A program made the translations under genes and the position numbers. The notes below the pieces were generated by a model. The model saw only the letters and a program-made list of their open reading frames with translations. It searched no databases and had not been told where the DNA came from. From contig JAZQYR010000017.1 in the NCBI GenBank assembly GCA_045633585.1, forward strand, positions 175,716 to 239,715: 64,000 nucleotides of DNA, in the 5' to 3' direction. The stretch is from Bacteroidales bacterium (GTDB lineage: Bacteria > Bacteroidota > Bacteroidia > Bacteroidales > F082). Positions 47,236-58,235 of the stretch are shown here, piece by piece (position 1 is the first letter of the stretch; every line of letters starts with the position of its first letter).

Positions 47236-48966
47236 ATGAAAAATATTACACCAGAAATCATCGAAAAAGCAAAAGCTTGGTTATCTGAAAAATACGATAA
47301 CAACACAAGAAAACAAGTTCAAGAATTGATTGACAACAATCCTGATGAATTATTAGAAAGCTTTTATAAAAACCTTGAATTCGGTACTGGCGGACTCAGA
47401 GGAATTATGGGCGTTGGCAGCAACAGAATGAACACTTACACTGTTGCTATGGCGACACAAGGATTTGCCAACTACATCAGAAAAATGTTCTCCAACATAG
47501 AACAACCTCAAATTGCCATTGCATACGATTGTAGAAACAACAGCAAGGAATTCGCGCAAACAGCAGCCGAAGTAATGTCTGCAAATGGAATCAAAGTTTT
47601 TATTTTCAACGCCTTACGTCCTACTCCTGAACTTTCTTTTGCAATCAGAGAATTAAAATGCCAGGCAGGTATTGTCATTACAGCATCGCACAATCCTAAA
47701 GAATATAACGGATATAAAGCATACTGGGAAGACGGCGGACAATTGGTTTCACCACACGACAAAAACGTCATTGGCGAAGTTGAAAAAATCACAGACATTT
47801 CATTGGTCAACTTCAATAAAAACGAAGCTATCATTGAGTATCTCGACGAAAAATTCGACGATATATACATCAACAAAATACTTGAATTAACATTATCACC
47901 AGAAGCAATCAGAAATCACAAAGATTTAGTATTCGTATACACTCCAATACATGGCACTGGTGGTCAGATAATTCCAAAATTATTCAAAAAAGCAGGATTC
48001 GACAACGTCCATACAGTTGAAGAACAAATGATTGTCGACGGGAACTTCCCTACAGTAATTTCTCCTAACCCTGAAGAAAAAGCCGCATTGACTTTAGCAA
48101 TAGAAAAAGCCAAGAAAGTCAATGCAGACGTCGTTCTTGCAACAGACCCTGATGCCGACAGAGTCGGCATTGCTGTAAAAGACGAAAACGGAGAATTTGT
48201 TTTGCTTAACGGCAATCAAACTGCTGCACTCCTAACCTACTACCTTTTAACACGTTGGCATGAATTAGGCAAACTCACAGGAAACGAATATATTGTCAAA
48301 ACCATTGTCACAACAGAATTATTATTTGACATCGCAAGAAAATACAATGTCGAAAAATATGATGTTCTTACAGGCTTCAAATATATAGCCGACACCATCT
48401 TAAACAATCCAGAAACAACATTCATCGGTGGCGGTGAAGAAAGTTATGGTTTCTTAATTGGTGACTTTGTACGCGACAAAGATGCTAATAGCGCATGCTA
48501 TATGATTGCAGAAATTGCAGCGTGGGCAGCAGAACAAAACAAGACACTTTATCAAATACTCAAAGAAATCTATAAAGAATTTGGTTTCTATAAAGAAGGA
48601 CTATTGTCATTGACCAAGAAAGGTATCAGCGGTAGCGAAGAAATCAAAAACATGATGTTAAAATTCAGAGCCACACCGCCACAACGAATTTTAGGTTCTA
48701 ATATCATTGAAATAAAGGACTATAAATCAAGTGTTTCTAAAGATGTACGTTCTGGAGAAGAAACTATAATAAAGCTTCCTAAATCAGATGTTCTACAATT
48801 CCTTACCGAAGACGGAACAAAAATCAGCATCAGACCTTCTGGCACAGAACCTAAAATAAAATTCTACTTCGGAATCAAAGCAAATCTTAACGACATTGCC
48901 GATTTCGAAGTAGTAAATAATGAGTTAAACGAAAGAATCAGTAAATTGATCAAACTATTCTCATAA
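47236..48966 (+). CDS. Phosphoglucomutase/phosphomannomutase-family phosphosugar mutase
   Basis: TASHNPKEYNGYK phosphoserine loop, DPDADR metal site and GGEESYG sugar-binding loop. 576 aa. Confidence 0.9.
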   Translation: MKNITPEIIEKAKAWLSEKYDNNTRKQVQELIDNNPDELLESFYKNLEFGTGGLRGIMGVGSNRMNTYTVAMATQGFANYIRKMFSNIEQPQIAIAYDCRNNSKEFAQTAAEVMSANGIKVFIFNALRPTPELSFAIRELKCQAGIVITASHNPKEYNGYKAYWEDGGQLVSPHDKNVIGEVEKITDISLVNFNKNEAIIEYLDEKFDDIYINKILELTLSPEAIRNHKDLVFVYTPIHGTGGQIIPKLFKKAGFDNVHTVEEQMIVDGNFPTVISPNPEEKAALTLAIEKAKKVNADVVLATDPDADRVGIAVKDENGEFVLLNGNQTAALLTYYLLTRWHELGKLTGNEYIVKTIVTTELLFDIARKYNVEKYDVLTGFKYIADTILNNPETTFIGGGEESYGFLIGDFVRDKDANSACYMIAEIAAWAAEQNKTLYQILKEIYKEFGFYKEGLLSLTKKGISGSEEIKNMMLKFRATPPQRILGSNIIEIKDYKSSVSKDVRSGEETIIKLPKSDVLQFLTEDGTKISIRPSGTEPKIKFYFGIKANLNDIADFEVVNNELNERISKLIKLFS

Positions 48967-48972
48967 GAATAA

Positions 48973-49989
48973 TCATTCACTTATACGATTAACAGCATCT
49001 ATCGCCAATTGATAATCAGGGTTATTCCTTAAAATTTGGAGGTAGATGCTTTTTGCATTAATATAATCACCCATTTGTTCGTAGGTCCTACCCTTGTTAA
49101 ACAAAGCATCCACTGAAGAAGGATCTATCTGCAACACTTTGTCAAAATATTCCAATGCCAGCTCATTCTCACCCAAATACACCAAATATACATAACCTTT
49201 ATTAAAGTTGAAATCGGTATTATCTGGCATGATATTCAATAAAGAGTCATAATACGACAAAGCTTCTTCTGGGAATCCATTTTCCTGCAAATACATTGCA
49301 TAATCGTATGTAAGATAATAATTATCAGGAGCTACGCCAATCGCTTCTTTAAAAAACGACTTCGCCAAGGTATCATTTTTCGCCATATAAATATGAGCCA
49401 TCTGAATCAATGGATCAACAAAATCAGATTGTTGCATACGTGATGTCATGAAATTTTTCAATGCAGCGACTGTATCATTATCTGTCATAGACAACATTCC
49501 ACGCATATAATATGCCTTTGGATTATACTTATCCATTTCCAAGGCTTTATCAACATAAGCATTAGCCATTCTGAAATTTCCCTGCAAAAAGCTAAGCTCT
49601 GACAATTTAATTATAGGCCTTGTATCCAAAGGCGCATATTCGCAAGCTTTGTTCAATGTCAACAAGATATTATCCTCATCACCAAGAGCATAATAAACAT
49701 CAGCCAACACCAAAAGAGCGTCTATATTCTTTTTATCAATAGACAAAGCTGAGTTTATATCTCTAATTGCCAGACTCACTTTCTCATTCGTCAGATTAAG
49801 TCTAGCTCTTTGCACATACAAATCCGCATTTAAAGAATCTGACATTATTGATTCTGATAAAATATCAACATCAGATTTCTCTGCAGAAACCGCATTGTCT
49901 GTCTTTACATCATTATTTTTCTTAGAGATATTCTCAGAGCAACTTGAAAGTATCAAGATGCTCATGAGAATCATACAAATCTTTTTCAT
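48973..49989 (-). CDS. TPR-repeat lipoprotein
   Basis: ATG at 49989 (MKKICMILMSILILSSCSEN), with multiple TPR-like 34-aa repeats. It lies directly downstream of recA. Confidence 0.7.
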   Translation of the reverse strand: MKKICMILMSILILSSCSENISKKNNDVKTDNAVSAEKSDVDILSESIMSDSLNADLYVQRARLNLTNEKVSLAIRDINSALSIDKKNIDALLVLADVYYALGDEDNILLTLNKACEYAPLDTRPIIKLSELSFLQGNFRMANAYVDKALEMDKYNPKAYYMRGMLSMTDNDTVAALKNFMTSRMQQSDFVDPLIQMAHIYMAKNDTLAKSFFKEAIGVAPDNYYLTYDYAMYLQENGFPEEALSYYDSLLNIMPDNTDFNFNKGYVYLVYLGENELALEYFDKVLQIDPSSVDALFNKGRTYEQMGDYINAKSIYLQILRNNPDYQLAIDAVNRISE

Positions 49990-49999
49990 TATCAATCAT

Positions 50000-51034
50000 T
50001 TAATCTTGATCACTATTATTTAAAGCATCCATTATCTTGGCATATAATTCTTCGCACAATTCTGGATTTTCGTCAAGGAGTCTCTTCAAAGCGTCTCTAC
50101 CTTGTCCCAATTTTGTTTCATTATAGCTAAACCAAGAACCGCTCTTCTTAATAACGCCCATTTCAACGCCCAAGTCGATAATTTCACCTGTAAGAGAGAT
50201 GCCTTCACCATAAAGGATGTCAAATTCAGCCTTTTTAAATGGAGGAGCGACTTTGTTTTTAACAACCTTTACCTTAACTCTGTTACCATTGATATTTTCA
50301 CCATCTTTTATTTGGCTAACTTTTCTAATATCAAGTCTTACAGAACTATAGAATTTCAAGGCATTACCACCAGTTGTAGTTTCTGGGTTACCGAACATAA
50401 CGCCCAATTTCTCACGCAACTGGTTGATAAAGATACATACACAACCTGTTTTGCTTATTGTTGCTGTAAGCTTACGCATTGCCTGTGACATCAAACGAGC
50501 CTGCAAACCCATTTTGCTATCGCCCATTTCGCCTTCTATTTCACTCTTTGGAGTCAAAGCTGCGACAGAGTCGACTACGATAACATCGATAGCGCCAGAA
50601 CGAATAAGATTTTCCGCAATCTCCAAAGCTTGTTCTCCGCAATCAGGTTGTGAGATGAGCAGGTTTTCAACATCAACACCTAACTTCTTAGCATAAAAAC
50701 GGTCAAAAGCATGTTCAGCATCAATAAACGCAGCTATACCACCCTGTTTTTGAGACTCTGCAATAACATGCAATGCCAATGTTGTTTTTCCAGAACTTTC
50801 AGGTCCGAAGATTTCAATGATTCTTCCTTTTGGCAAACCACCAATTCCCAATGCATAATCCAATCCCAAAGAACCTGTAGAAATGCTTTCAACCTTATCA
50901 GCAGCAGTCTCGCCCAAGCGCATAATACTACCTTTTCCACAAGCCTTTTCAATATTACCAATTGTAGCCTCTAACGCTTTTAATTTCTCTTTTCTAATTT
51001 TTTCAATTTCCTCAGCTGTAACATTCTTTTCCAT
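50000..51034 (-). CDS. recA: Recombinase RecA
   Basis: GPESSGKTT Walker A, FIDAEHA, and L1/L2 loop contexts. 344 aa. Confidence 0.97.
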   Translation of the reverse strand: MEKNVTAEEIEKIRKEKLKALEATIGNIEKACGKGSIMRLGETAADKVESISTGSLGLDYALGIGGLPKGRIIEIFGPESSGKTTLALHVIAESQKQGGIAAFIDAEHAFDRFYAKKLGVDVENLLISQPDCGEQALEIAENLIRSGAIDVIVVDSVAALTPKSEIEGEMGDSKMGLQARLMSQAMRKLTATISKTGCVCIFINQLREKLGVMFGNPETTTGGNALKFYSSVRLDIRKVSQIKDGENINGNRVKVKVVKNKVAPPFKKAEFDILYGEGISLTGEIIDLGVEMGVIKKSGSWFSYNETKLGQGRDALKRLLDENPELCEELYAKIMDALNNSDQD

Positions 51035-51127
51035 AATAATAATTTTATTTCTAATATTTTACATATTATTAATTCAACAATAACTTTAAGTAAATAACGC
51101 GCTTATTTATCCTTTAAAATTACGTTA

Positions 51128-51135
51128 CAAAGATA
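51128..51135 (-). promoter_or_regulatory. -7 promoter element TATCTTTG for recA
   Basis: Exact TAnnTTTG on the minus strand, 94 nt upstream of the recA ATG. Confidence 0.5.
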
Positions 51136-51163
51136 AGCGATTTATATTTTTTTGTCAAGGATT

Positions 51164-51811
51164 TTAACTATTTTTAACCTTTGTTAAGAAATATTCACAG
51201 ATAGTGTTAATACCGCATTTCTCGCATTCTGGTTTTCTCGCTTTACATACATATCTGCCGTGTAATATCAGCCAATGATGCGCTTTGGGAATCACAGACT
51301 CTGGTATATGCTTCACCAGTTGCTTTTCTGTTTCTAAAGGATTTTTTGCATTTTTTGTTAATCCTATCCTAGCAGACACTCTAAAAACATGCGTATCCAC
51401 CGCCATAGCTGGTTTATTAAACGCCACAGACGCGACAACATTAGCGGTTTTTCTACCAACACCAGGCAAAGTCTGCAGTTTGTCAACATCGTCAGGAACG
51501 ACTCCATTAAAATCAGACATAAGCACCTTCGCCATACCCAATAAATTCTTGGATTTATTATTTGGATACGAAATAGACTTTATCAACTCATAAATATCCT
51601 CAACGGTAGCCTTTGACAAAGCCTCTGCATCGGGATATCGCTCAAACAAAGCCGGAGTCGTCATATTAACCCGTTTATCAGTACACTGCGCAGAAAGTAT
51701 TACAGCCACAATAAGTTGATACGGATTTTCAAAATTCAATTCCGACTCTGCCACTGGCATATTCTCCTCAAAATGTTCAATAAAAAAACTATATTTATCC
51801 TTAAGTTTCAT
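51164..51811 (-). CDS. nth: Endonuclease III
   Basis: HhH-GPD LPGVGRKTANVV and the 4Fe-4S cluster CKARKPECEKCGINTIC. ATG at 51811 (the track start at 51817 is TTG). Confidence 0.92.
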   Translation of the reverse strand: MKLKDKYSFFIEHFEENMPVAESELNFENPYQLIVAVILSAQCTDKRVNMTTPALFERYPDAEALSKATVEDIYELIKSISYPNNKSKNLLGMAKVLMSDFNGVVPDDVDKLQTLPGVGRKTANVVASVAFNKPAMAVDTHVFRVSARIGLTKNAKNPLETEKQLVKHIPESVIPKAHHWLILHGRYVCKARKPECEKCGINTICEYFLTKVKNS

Positions 51812-51876
51812 TTTCAATTTATTTTGAACAAAATTAAGATTTTTTTATTATTATTGCAAAACAAAACTTACAAATT

Positions 51877-52113
51877 ATGGAAAATAACATGATTGAAATA
51901 TTCATTGGATCCGACATCGATGCCAATTACATATCATCTCTCCTCGTTGAAAACGATATTGATTGCGAAATAGAAAACGCTTTAACACAAAGTCTTTCCG
52001 CAGGATGGGTCAACGGGTCACAATATAATAGCACTTCAATTTACGTCAACATCAATGACGCCAAGAAAGCGAGACAAATTATCAACGAATATTTAGACAA
52101 TACTAACGAATAA
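51877..52113 (+). CDS. DUF2007-like small protein
   Basis: 78 aa. The EIFIGSDIDANYISSLLVENDI...VNINDAKKARQIINEY pattern resembles DUF2007. Confidence 0.55.
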   Translation: MENNMIEIFIGSDIDANYISSLLVENDIDCEIENALTQSLSAGWVNGSQYNSTSIYVNINDAKKARQIINEYLDNTNE

Positions 52114-52234
52114 TTTATTTACTAATAGATTTCATAGATTTTTTAGTTTTCTTCAGTGATTTTTAAGCTAAAAAAACACAATTCTTTTTTTATTCGTTTT
52201 CATTTTTTTCGGATTTTTGCACAAATTTTTAGAA

Positions 52235-53449
52235 ATGGGAAACTACATACTATCAGAAGTCAAGACTAACAAAGACATCAAGCAGTGGCTTGATTTTCCT
52301 GCCAAATTATACAAAAACGACCCTCATTACGTAAGGCCATTAGATAACGAAATAGAAAATGTTTTTGATAGATCCAAGAACAAATTATTCAGACACGGAG
52401 ATGCTATAAGATTCATTCTCAAAGATAAAAGCGGAAAAATTGTTGGCAGAATTGCAGCTTTTTACGATGAAAAGACATCTAATACGTATAGTAAGGAAGA
52501 AAACGGACAACCTACAGGAGGCTGCGGTTTCTTTGACTGCATCGACGACCAAGAAGCTGCGAACATGCTTTTCGACGCCGCCAAGAAGTGGAATGCCGAA
52601 CACGGACAAGAAGCAATGGACGGACCTATCAACTTCGGCGACAGAGACTATTTCTGGGGATGTCTAAACGACGGCTTCTCAGACCCAGTTTACAATATGC
52701 CTTACAACTACCCTTACTATAGTAAACTATTTGAAAATTACGGATTTCAGACATTTTTTAGACAATACACCTACCGCAGAGTTTTCTCCACAGAAGGTCT
52801 TGATCCAATTTTACATGAAAAGGCGAAACGCTTCTATGGAAACCCTAGTTATAGCTTTGAAATACTCAACAGACGACACATTGACAAATACGCAGACGAC
52901 TTCCTAATCATATATAACAAAGCTTGGGGAGCTATTCCTGGAGCCACAAAACTCACACGCCAACATGCTATAGGTTTGTTAAACAGTCTAAAACCAATCA
53001 TCGACCCAAGATTGATGCATTTTGCTTACCACATTGATGAAAATGGCAAAAAAGAACCTATAGGATTCTTCCTTCTTATGATAGACCTGAACCAAATTTA
53101 CAAAGGTCTCAATGGAAAAATGCACTTACTCAACAAATTACGAGTTTTATGGAGAGTTAAAGTAGCCAGAATCTGTGACAGAGCAATATCTTTAGTTTTC
53201 GGTATCGTTCCTGAACATCGCGGCAAAGGATTAGAAGCAGGTCTCGTTTGCTCTCTCGAATCTCAACACAAAATAAAAAGATTCAAATACAAAGACCTAC
53301 AACTCAACTGGATTGGCGACTTCAATCCACCAATGATGAAAATCGCAGAAAGTGCTGGAGCAACGATATACAAAACTCATATAACATACCGATATTTGTT
53401 TGACAGAAACAGACCTTTCACAAGAGCTAAATTACAGAAAAACAGATAA
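52235..53449 (+). CDS. Large GNAT-like acyltransferase-family protein (about 400 aa)
   Basis: ATG at 52235. The C-terminal VPEHRGKGLEAGL resembles the acetyl-CoA-binding R/Q-x-x-G-x-G/A loop. Confidence 0.6.
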   Translation: MGNYILSEVKTNKDIKQWLDFPAKLYKNDPHYVRPLDNEIENVFDRSKNKLFRHGDAIRFILKDKSGKIVGRIAAFYDEKTSNTYSKEENGQPTGGCGFFDCIDDQEAANMLFDAAKKWNAEHGQEAMDGPINFGDRDYFWGCLNDGFSDPVYNMPYNYPYYSKLFENYGFQTFFRQYTYRRVFSTEGLDPILHEKAKRFYGNPSYSFEILNRRHIDKYADDFLIIYNKAWGAIPGATKLTRQHAIGLLNSLKPIIDPRLMHFAYHIDENGKKEPIGFFLLMIDLNQIYKGLNGKMHLLNKLRVLWRVKVARICDRAISLVFGIVPEHRGKGLEAGLVCSLESQHKIKRFKYKDLQLNWIGDFNPPMMKIAESAGATIYKTHITYRYLFDRNRPFTRAKLQKNR

Positions 53450-53560
53450 AAAACTCTTTATATTTAAAGTTTTACACAAATATTAAAAATGAAGGATTTC
53501 TCCTTCATTTTTTATTCCCAAAAGTGGAAAAGATTTTTTAAATTTGCAAAAAAATCAAAG

Positions 53561-54211
53561 ATGATTAAGGCAAGTAACATATACAAATCGTTCGGTAACG
53601 TAGAAGTACTAAAAGGCGTTGACATAAACATAAAAAAAAGCGAAGTAACATGCATTGTAGGTGCTTCCGGAGCTGGAAAATCAACATTATTACAAATCAT
53701 CGGCACTTTAGATAAGGCAGATAAAGGAAACGTAATTATCGACAACCAAGACATCACTTCTCTAAACTCCAAACAGCTAGCCGCTTTCAGAAACAAAAAC
53801 ATCGGCTTTATATTTCAATTCCATCATTTATTACCAGAATTTACTGCATTAGAAAACATATGCATCCCAGCATACATTGCTGGCACCTCTCCTAAAGAAG
53901 CTGAAGCAAGAGCTATGGAATTGCTTGATTATCTAAATCTTACAAACAGAAAAGACCACAAGCCTTCTATGCTTTCTGGCGGCGAACAGCAAAGAATAGC
54001 CGTAGCTAGAGCCTTGATCAACAACCCATCAATAGTCCTAGCCGACGAACCATCTGGCAACCTCGACTCTAAAGCTGCCAAGGAACTTCACGAATTGTTT
54101 TTCAATTTAAGGGATAAAATCGGCCAAACATTTGTAATCGTCACCCACAACCCACAATTAGCAGAAATGGCTGACAAGACCTTCACTATGAAGGACGGCT
54201 TAATAATTTGA
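53561..54211 (+). CDS. lolD: LolD-like ABC transporter ATP-binding protein
   Basis: GASGAGKST Walker A, LSGGEQQR signature and [10 protein letters not shown] Walker B. ATG at 53561, with TAAATTTG at 53539-53546. Confidence 0.85.
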   Translation: MIKASNIYKSFGNVEVLKGVDINIKKSEVTCIVGASGAGKSTLLQIIGTLDKADKGNVIIDNQDITSLNSKQLAAFRNKNIGFIFQFHHLLPEFTALENICIPAYIAGTSPKEAEARAMELLDYLNLTNRKDHKPSMLSGGEQQRIAVARALINNPSIVLADEPSGNLDSKAAKELHELFFNLRDKIGQTFVIVTHNPQLAEMADKTFTMKDGLII

Positions 54212-54271
54212 TAAAAAAGGACTATATAAGCCAAAATAAATTATATTTGCAAAAAATCAAAGTATATAAAA

Positions 54272-55546
54272 ATGGATAAATCAGATTGTCGTTACAACTT
54301 GTACATCAACATCTTAAAAGAAGAACTCGTACCTGCAATGGGATGTACAGAACCTATTTGCCTTGCATACGCTGCCGCTAAAGCAAGAGAAGTATTGGGC
54401 TCATTACCAAACAAAGTTGACATTTTAGCAAGTGGAAACATCATCAAAAATGTCAAAAGCGTTATCGTACCAAACACAAACGGTATGAAAGGTTTAAAAG
54501 CATCTGTTGCAATAGGTATAATTGGTGGAAATCCAGAAAAAGAATTAGAAGTAATCGCTAACGTAACTGCTGAACAAAAAGAGGAGACCCAAAGATTCTT
54601 GGACACCACACCAATGAACATCACACACATAGACTCAGAAGAACAACTTGATGTAACAATAAGACTTTACAACGACGAACATTCTGCCTCTGTAAGAATA
54701 TCTGGTTTTCATACAAATATAGTCCATATCCAAAAAGACGCTAATACCCTATTCAAAAGCAACACAATCAGCAAACCATCCAAAGAACTCACAGACCGTT
54801 CAATCTTAAGCATGGAAGGTATCTATGATTTTGCCAACAGCGTGGATATCAATGATGTAAAAGAACTTTTAGAACGCCAATTAAAATACAACAAAGCCAT
54901 TTCTGAAGAAGGCTTAAACAACGATTGGGGAGCTAACATTGGAAGCCTACTTTTGAGCAATTATGGCGACGATGTTAAAATCAAAGCTAAAGCATGGGCA
55001 GCTGCAGGTTCTGACGCAAGAATGAACGGTTGCGAAATGCCTGTAATCATCAATTCCGGCAGTGGCAACCAAGGTATCACTGTATCAATGCCTGTTCTTG
55101 CATATGCAAAAGAATATAACATTGATGAAGAACGCATTTATCGTGCCTTGTGCGTTTCAAACCTTACCGCAATACACCAAAAGACATTAATCGGAAGATT
55201 ATCAGCATATTGCGGAGCCATTAGCGCTGGTTGTGCAGCAGCTTGTGGCGTTGCTTACCTCTTAGGAGAAGATTTAGAAACCATATCCAAAACATTAACA
55301 AATTCATTAGCAATAACCTCAGGCATCATATGCGATGGTGCAAAAGCATCTTGCGCCGCCAAAATAGCAACAGCCGTAGAAACTGGCTTATTAGGTTATT
55401 ATATGTGTAAAAACAAAAAGAACTTCTGCGACGGTGACGGCATCATCGGCGAAGGCGTTGAAAAGACAATTAAAAATATCGGAACACTCGCAAGCAAAGG
55501 CATGAGAGAAACAGACAAAGTCATAATAAACATCATGACTGAATAA
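54272..55546 (+). CDS. UPF0597 / serine dehydratase alpha-like (L-cysteine desulfidase family) protein
   Basis: LVPAMGCTEPICLAYAAAKA N-terminal segment and CDGAKASCAAK near the C-terminus. TATATTTG at 54242-54249. Confidence 0.7.
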   Translation: MDKSDCRYNLYINILKEELVPAMGCTEPICLAYAAAKAREVLGSLPNKVDILASGNIIKNVKSVIVPNTNGMKGLKASVAIGIIGGNPEKELEVIANVTAEQKEETQRFLDTTPMNITHIDSEEQLDVTIRLYNDEHSASVRISGFHTNIVHIQKDANTLFKSNTISKPSKELTDRSILSMEGIYDFANSVDINDVKELLERQLKYNKAISEEGLNNDWGANIGSLLLSNYGDDVKIKAKAWAAAGSDARMNGCEMPVIINSGSGNQGITVSMPVLAYAKEYNIDEERIYRALCVSNLTAIHQKTLIGRLSAYCGAISAGCAAACGVAYLLGEDLETISKTLTNSLAITSGIICDGAKASCAAKIATAVETGLLGYYMCKNKKNFCDGDGIIGEGVEKTIKNIGTLASKGMRETDKVIINIMTE

Positions 55547-55580
55547 AAGATATAAAACACGATATATCAAGTACTTCTAA

Positions 55581-55618
55581 AGGGTTGGTTAAACGATTAA
55601 TTTAACCGACCCTTTTTA
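55581..55618 (+). terminator. Intrinsic terminator of the 54272-55546 gene, overlapping the last codons of relA/spoT
   Basis: 13-bp stem AGGGTTGGTTAAA/TTTAACCGACCCT (one G-T pair) followed by T5. Confidence 0.75.
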
Positions 55619-57785
55619 CTTCAGATACACCCTTAAGAGACTTCAACCTAACTATCAATCGATCAAGAAGCTCTGCTCCATTAATTTGCAAGACAAGCTT
55701 TCCAACAAACTTGTCTTCCTTTGTTTCAAAATTAGCATTAACAATATTAATATTCAACTCTTTTATCGTATTTGAAATAGAACCTAACAAGCCCAACTCG
55801 TTATCCCCTATTACTTTCAGTGTAACATCTGACACAACAGAGGTTTCTTTTCCCCATTTAACATCAATAATACGATAAGGATAACTTCTTCTCAAAGCCT
55901 TAATATTGTTACAATCAACACGATGGATTGTTACGCCACCATTTATTGATATGAATCCAATAACATCTTCACCCGATACAGGATTACAACATTTAGCTAT
56001 TTTAAATGCCAAATCATTCAAATTGTTACCTATACAAACGCCTTCGACATTAGCACCAACGAACTTTTCTTCTTTAAGAATCTCTCCGTCAATGCGATCC
56101 GACTTAACGTCCTTCTCTTCTGTCAAAGACAATATAAAATCCTTAAGTCGTGCTATATCAATCTTTTCCGTTGCAATTTGATGATAGAACTCTATACCAG
56201 AAGACAGATTATATTCCTTAAGTATATCACTCAACAATTTATCCGTATACGTTATTTTCCAGTTCTTCAATCGTCTGTAAAACAATGCGCTACCTATTTC
56301 AGCCTCTTTCATTTCCTGATCTTTAAGGTAACGCTTTATCCTTGCTTTAGCCCTGTCAGTCGTTACAACCGTAAGCCAATCCGCTTTAGGAGTCTGTTTT
56401 TTATTTGTAAGCACCTCCACCCTATCTCCGCTATGTAATTCATAACGAATAGGTTGAAGTTTACCATTAACATTAGCACCCGCACAATGACTTCCAACTT
56501 GAGTATGGATATCAAATGCAAAATCCAAGACTGTCGCACCAATAGGAAGTTGTTTCAAATCACCATTGGGCGTAAACACATATATTTTATCAGATTTACA
56601 ACTACTTGATAATCTGTCATCTAGCTTTCCATACTGAGGACTTTCTAAAATTTCTCTCACCTGATTAAGCCACTCATCAGTTGTTTGTTTCTTATTCCTA
56701 CCCTTATATTGCCAGTGCGCAGCGCTTCCCTTTTCCGCAATTTCATCCATTCGTTCCGTACGAATCTGAACCTCGATCCAATTCTTATCCGCCTGCACTG
56801 TTGTATGAAGCGACTCATAACCAGATACTTTAGGCGTTGTAATCCAATCCCTTAAGCGTTTAGGATTTGGCTGATATATGTTAGTAACAATGGAATAAAC
56901 ACGCCAACAATCTGTTTTTTCCTCACTAGGCTTACTATTCTTTATGATAATCCTTACCGCAAAAATGTCAAATATCTGTTCAAAAGCAAGATTATTTGTC
57001 TTCATCTTTTCATAAATCGATGACACAGACTTTGTTCGCCATTTAATATATGAATCAATATGCTCTTCGGCCAAGGCCTTCCGTATCGGAGCGAGAAAAT
57101 TCTCCATAAGTCGCTCCTGTTCTGTAGAAGAAACGCGTATTTTATTCTTAATATCCTCATATTCATCAGGAAACTCATAAACCATTACCTTTTCTTCAAA
57201 CTCTTTCTTTATCTCATACAATCCCAACCTATGAGCTATAGGAATACAAAGATACTTGACATCTTTAAGATCTACCTTAAAAGTCTTATTGTCAACGTCT
57301 TCCCTATGCCTTACATCATATAGAAGACATATTATCTTTATCAAAAGAACTCTAATGTCATCTATCAAAGACAAATACAATCGTCTAAATTGCTCCGACT
57401 GAAAAGACACCTTATTAGTCTGAATAGCAGATATTTTACTATATCCATCAACTATCAAAGACGCCCTTTCTCCAAAATGCTCCTTAATATATTCTATCGT
57501 AACATCCGATTCAGATATGATTTCATGAAGGAAAATACCCACAATAGTCTTACTTCTCAAACCGATTTCACTCACAGCAATATTGGCCATCTCTATGAGT
57601 TTCAGCATATACAAGCCTCCAGACAAGGTTTTTCGTCCATCAAACTTATCCAAAGCCAACCTATACGCCTTTACAATATACCCTATCTGTTCAGAATCCA
57701 TGACCTTTCCTACAGATCGAATAAAAACATCAAAAGCGACTTCTATCAACGCTCTTTCCTTCTCTGTATATCCCACCATATTCAT
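55602..57785 (-). CDS. Bifunctional (p)ppGpp synthetase/hydrolase, RelA/SpoT family
   Basis: HD-type N-terminal domain, synthetase block RTKSVSSIYEKM...DIFAVRIII, TGS (IYVFTPNGD) and a C-terminal ACT-like domain. 727 aa. Confidence 0.92.
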   Translation of the reverse strand: MNMVGYTEKERALIEVAFDVFIRSVGKVMDSEQIGYIVKAYRLALDKFDGRKTLSGGLYMLKLIEMANIAVSEIGLRSKTIVGIFLHEIISESDVTIEYIKEHFGERASLIVDGYSKISAIQTNKVSFQSEQFRRLYLSLIDDIRVLLIKIICLLYDVRHREDVDNKTFKVDLKDVKYLCIPIAHRLGLYEIKKEFEEKVMVYEFPDEYEDIKNKIRVSSTEQERLMENFLAPIRKALAEEHIDSYIKWRTKSVSSIYEKMKTNNLAFEQIFDIFAVRIIIKNSKPSEEKTDCWRVYSIVTNIYQPNPKRLRDWITTPKVSGYESLHTTVQADKNWIEVQIRTERMDEIAEKGSAAHWQYKGRNKKQTTDEWLNQVREILESPQYGKLDDRLSSSCKSDKIYVFTPNGDLKQLPIGATVLDFAFDIHTQVGSHCAGANVNGKLQPIRYELHSGDRVEVLTNKKQTPKADWLTVVTTDRAKARIKRYLKDQEMKEAEIGSALFYRRLKNWKITYTDKLLSDILKEYNLSSGIEFYHQIATEKIDIARLKDFILSLTEEKDVKSDRIDGEILKEEKFVGANVEGVCIGNNLNDLAFKIAKCCNPVSGEDVIGFISINGGVTIHRVDCNNIKALRRSYPYRIIDVKWGKETSVVSDVTLKVIGDNELGLLGSISNTIKELNINIVNANFETKEDKFVGKLVLQINGAELLDRLIVRLKSLKGVSEVKRVG

Positions 57786-58054
57786 TGTATCTTAGCGTAT
57801 AAATGATGATTAAGCAAACTTATATAATAAGGTTCTAATTCTTCGTAAGTTCCTGATTTAACAGAACATTTACCCTTATAATGAGTAATCATAGCGCAAG
57901 TTTCCGCCTGTTCCAAAGTATGATGACAAACTTTCATAAGTACTTCAATAACATAATCAAAAGTATTGACATCATCATTCAAAAGCAACAGCGTCTTCTC
58001 TTCATCCAACACCCCCACCGTTTCTTCATTATATGAATATTTCTCCTGATTCAT
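57782..58054 (-). CDS. clpS: ATP-dependent Clp protease adaptor ClpS
   Basis: LLLLNDDVNTFDYVIEVLMKVCHHTLEQAETCAMITHYKGKCSV matches the ClpS core. 90 aa. Confidence 0.85.
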   Translation of the reverse strand: MNQEKYSYNEETVGVLDEEKTLLLLNDDVNTFDYVIEVLMKVCHHTLEQAETCAMITHYKGKCSVKSGTYEELEPYYISLLNHHLYAKIQ

Positions 58055-58235
58055 TTCTTAAAATTTTTATTGCAAATCTACAATTAATATTTGTCAAAAA
58101 CCAATGTTAAATCGTGTTTTTCCATTTTTTATTGTAATAAACAATTAAAAATAAATTATTCTCTAAAAAAGATAAATAAAGCAAAAAAAACGTATCTTTA
58201 CATTCTGATTCTAAAACAACTTGTCATCACAAACA

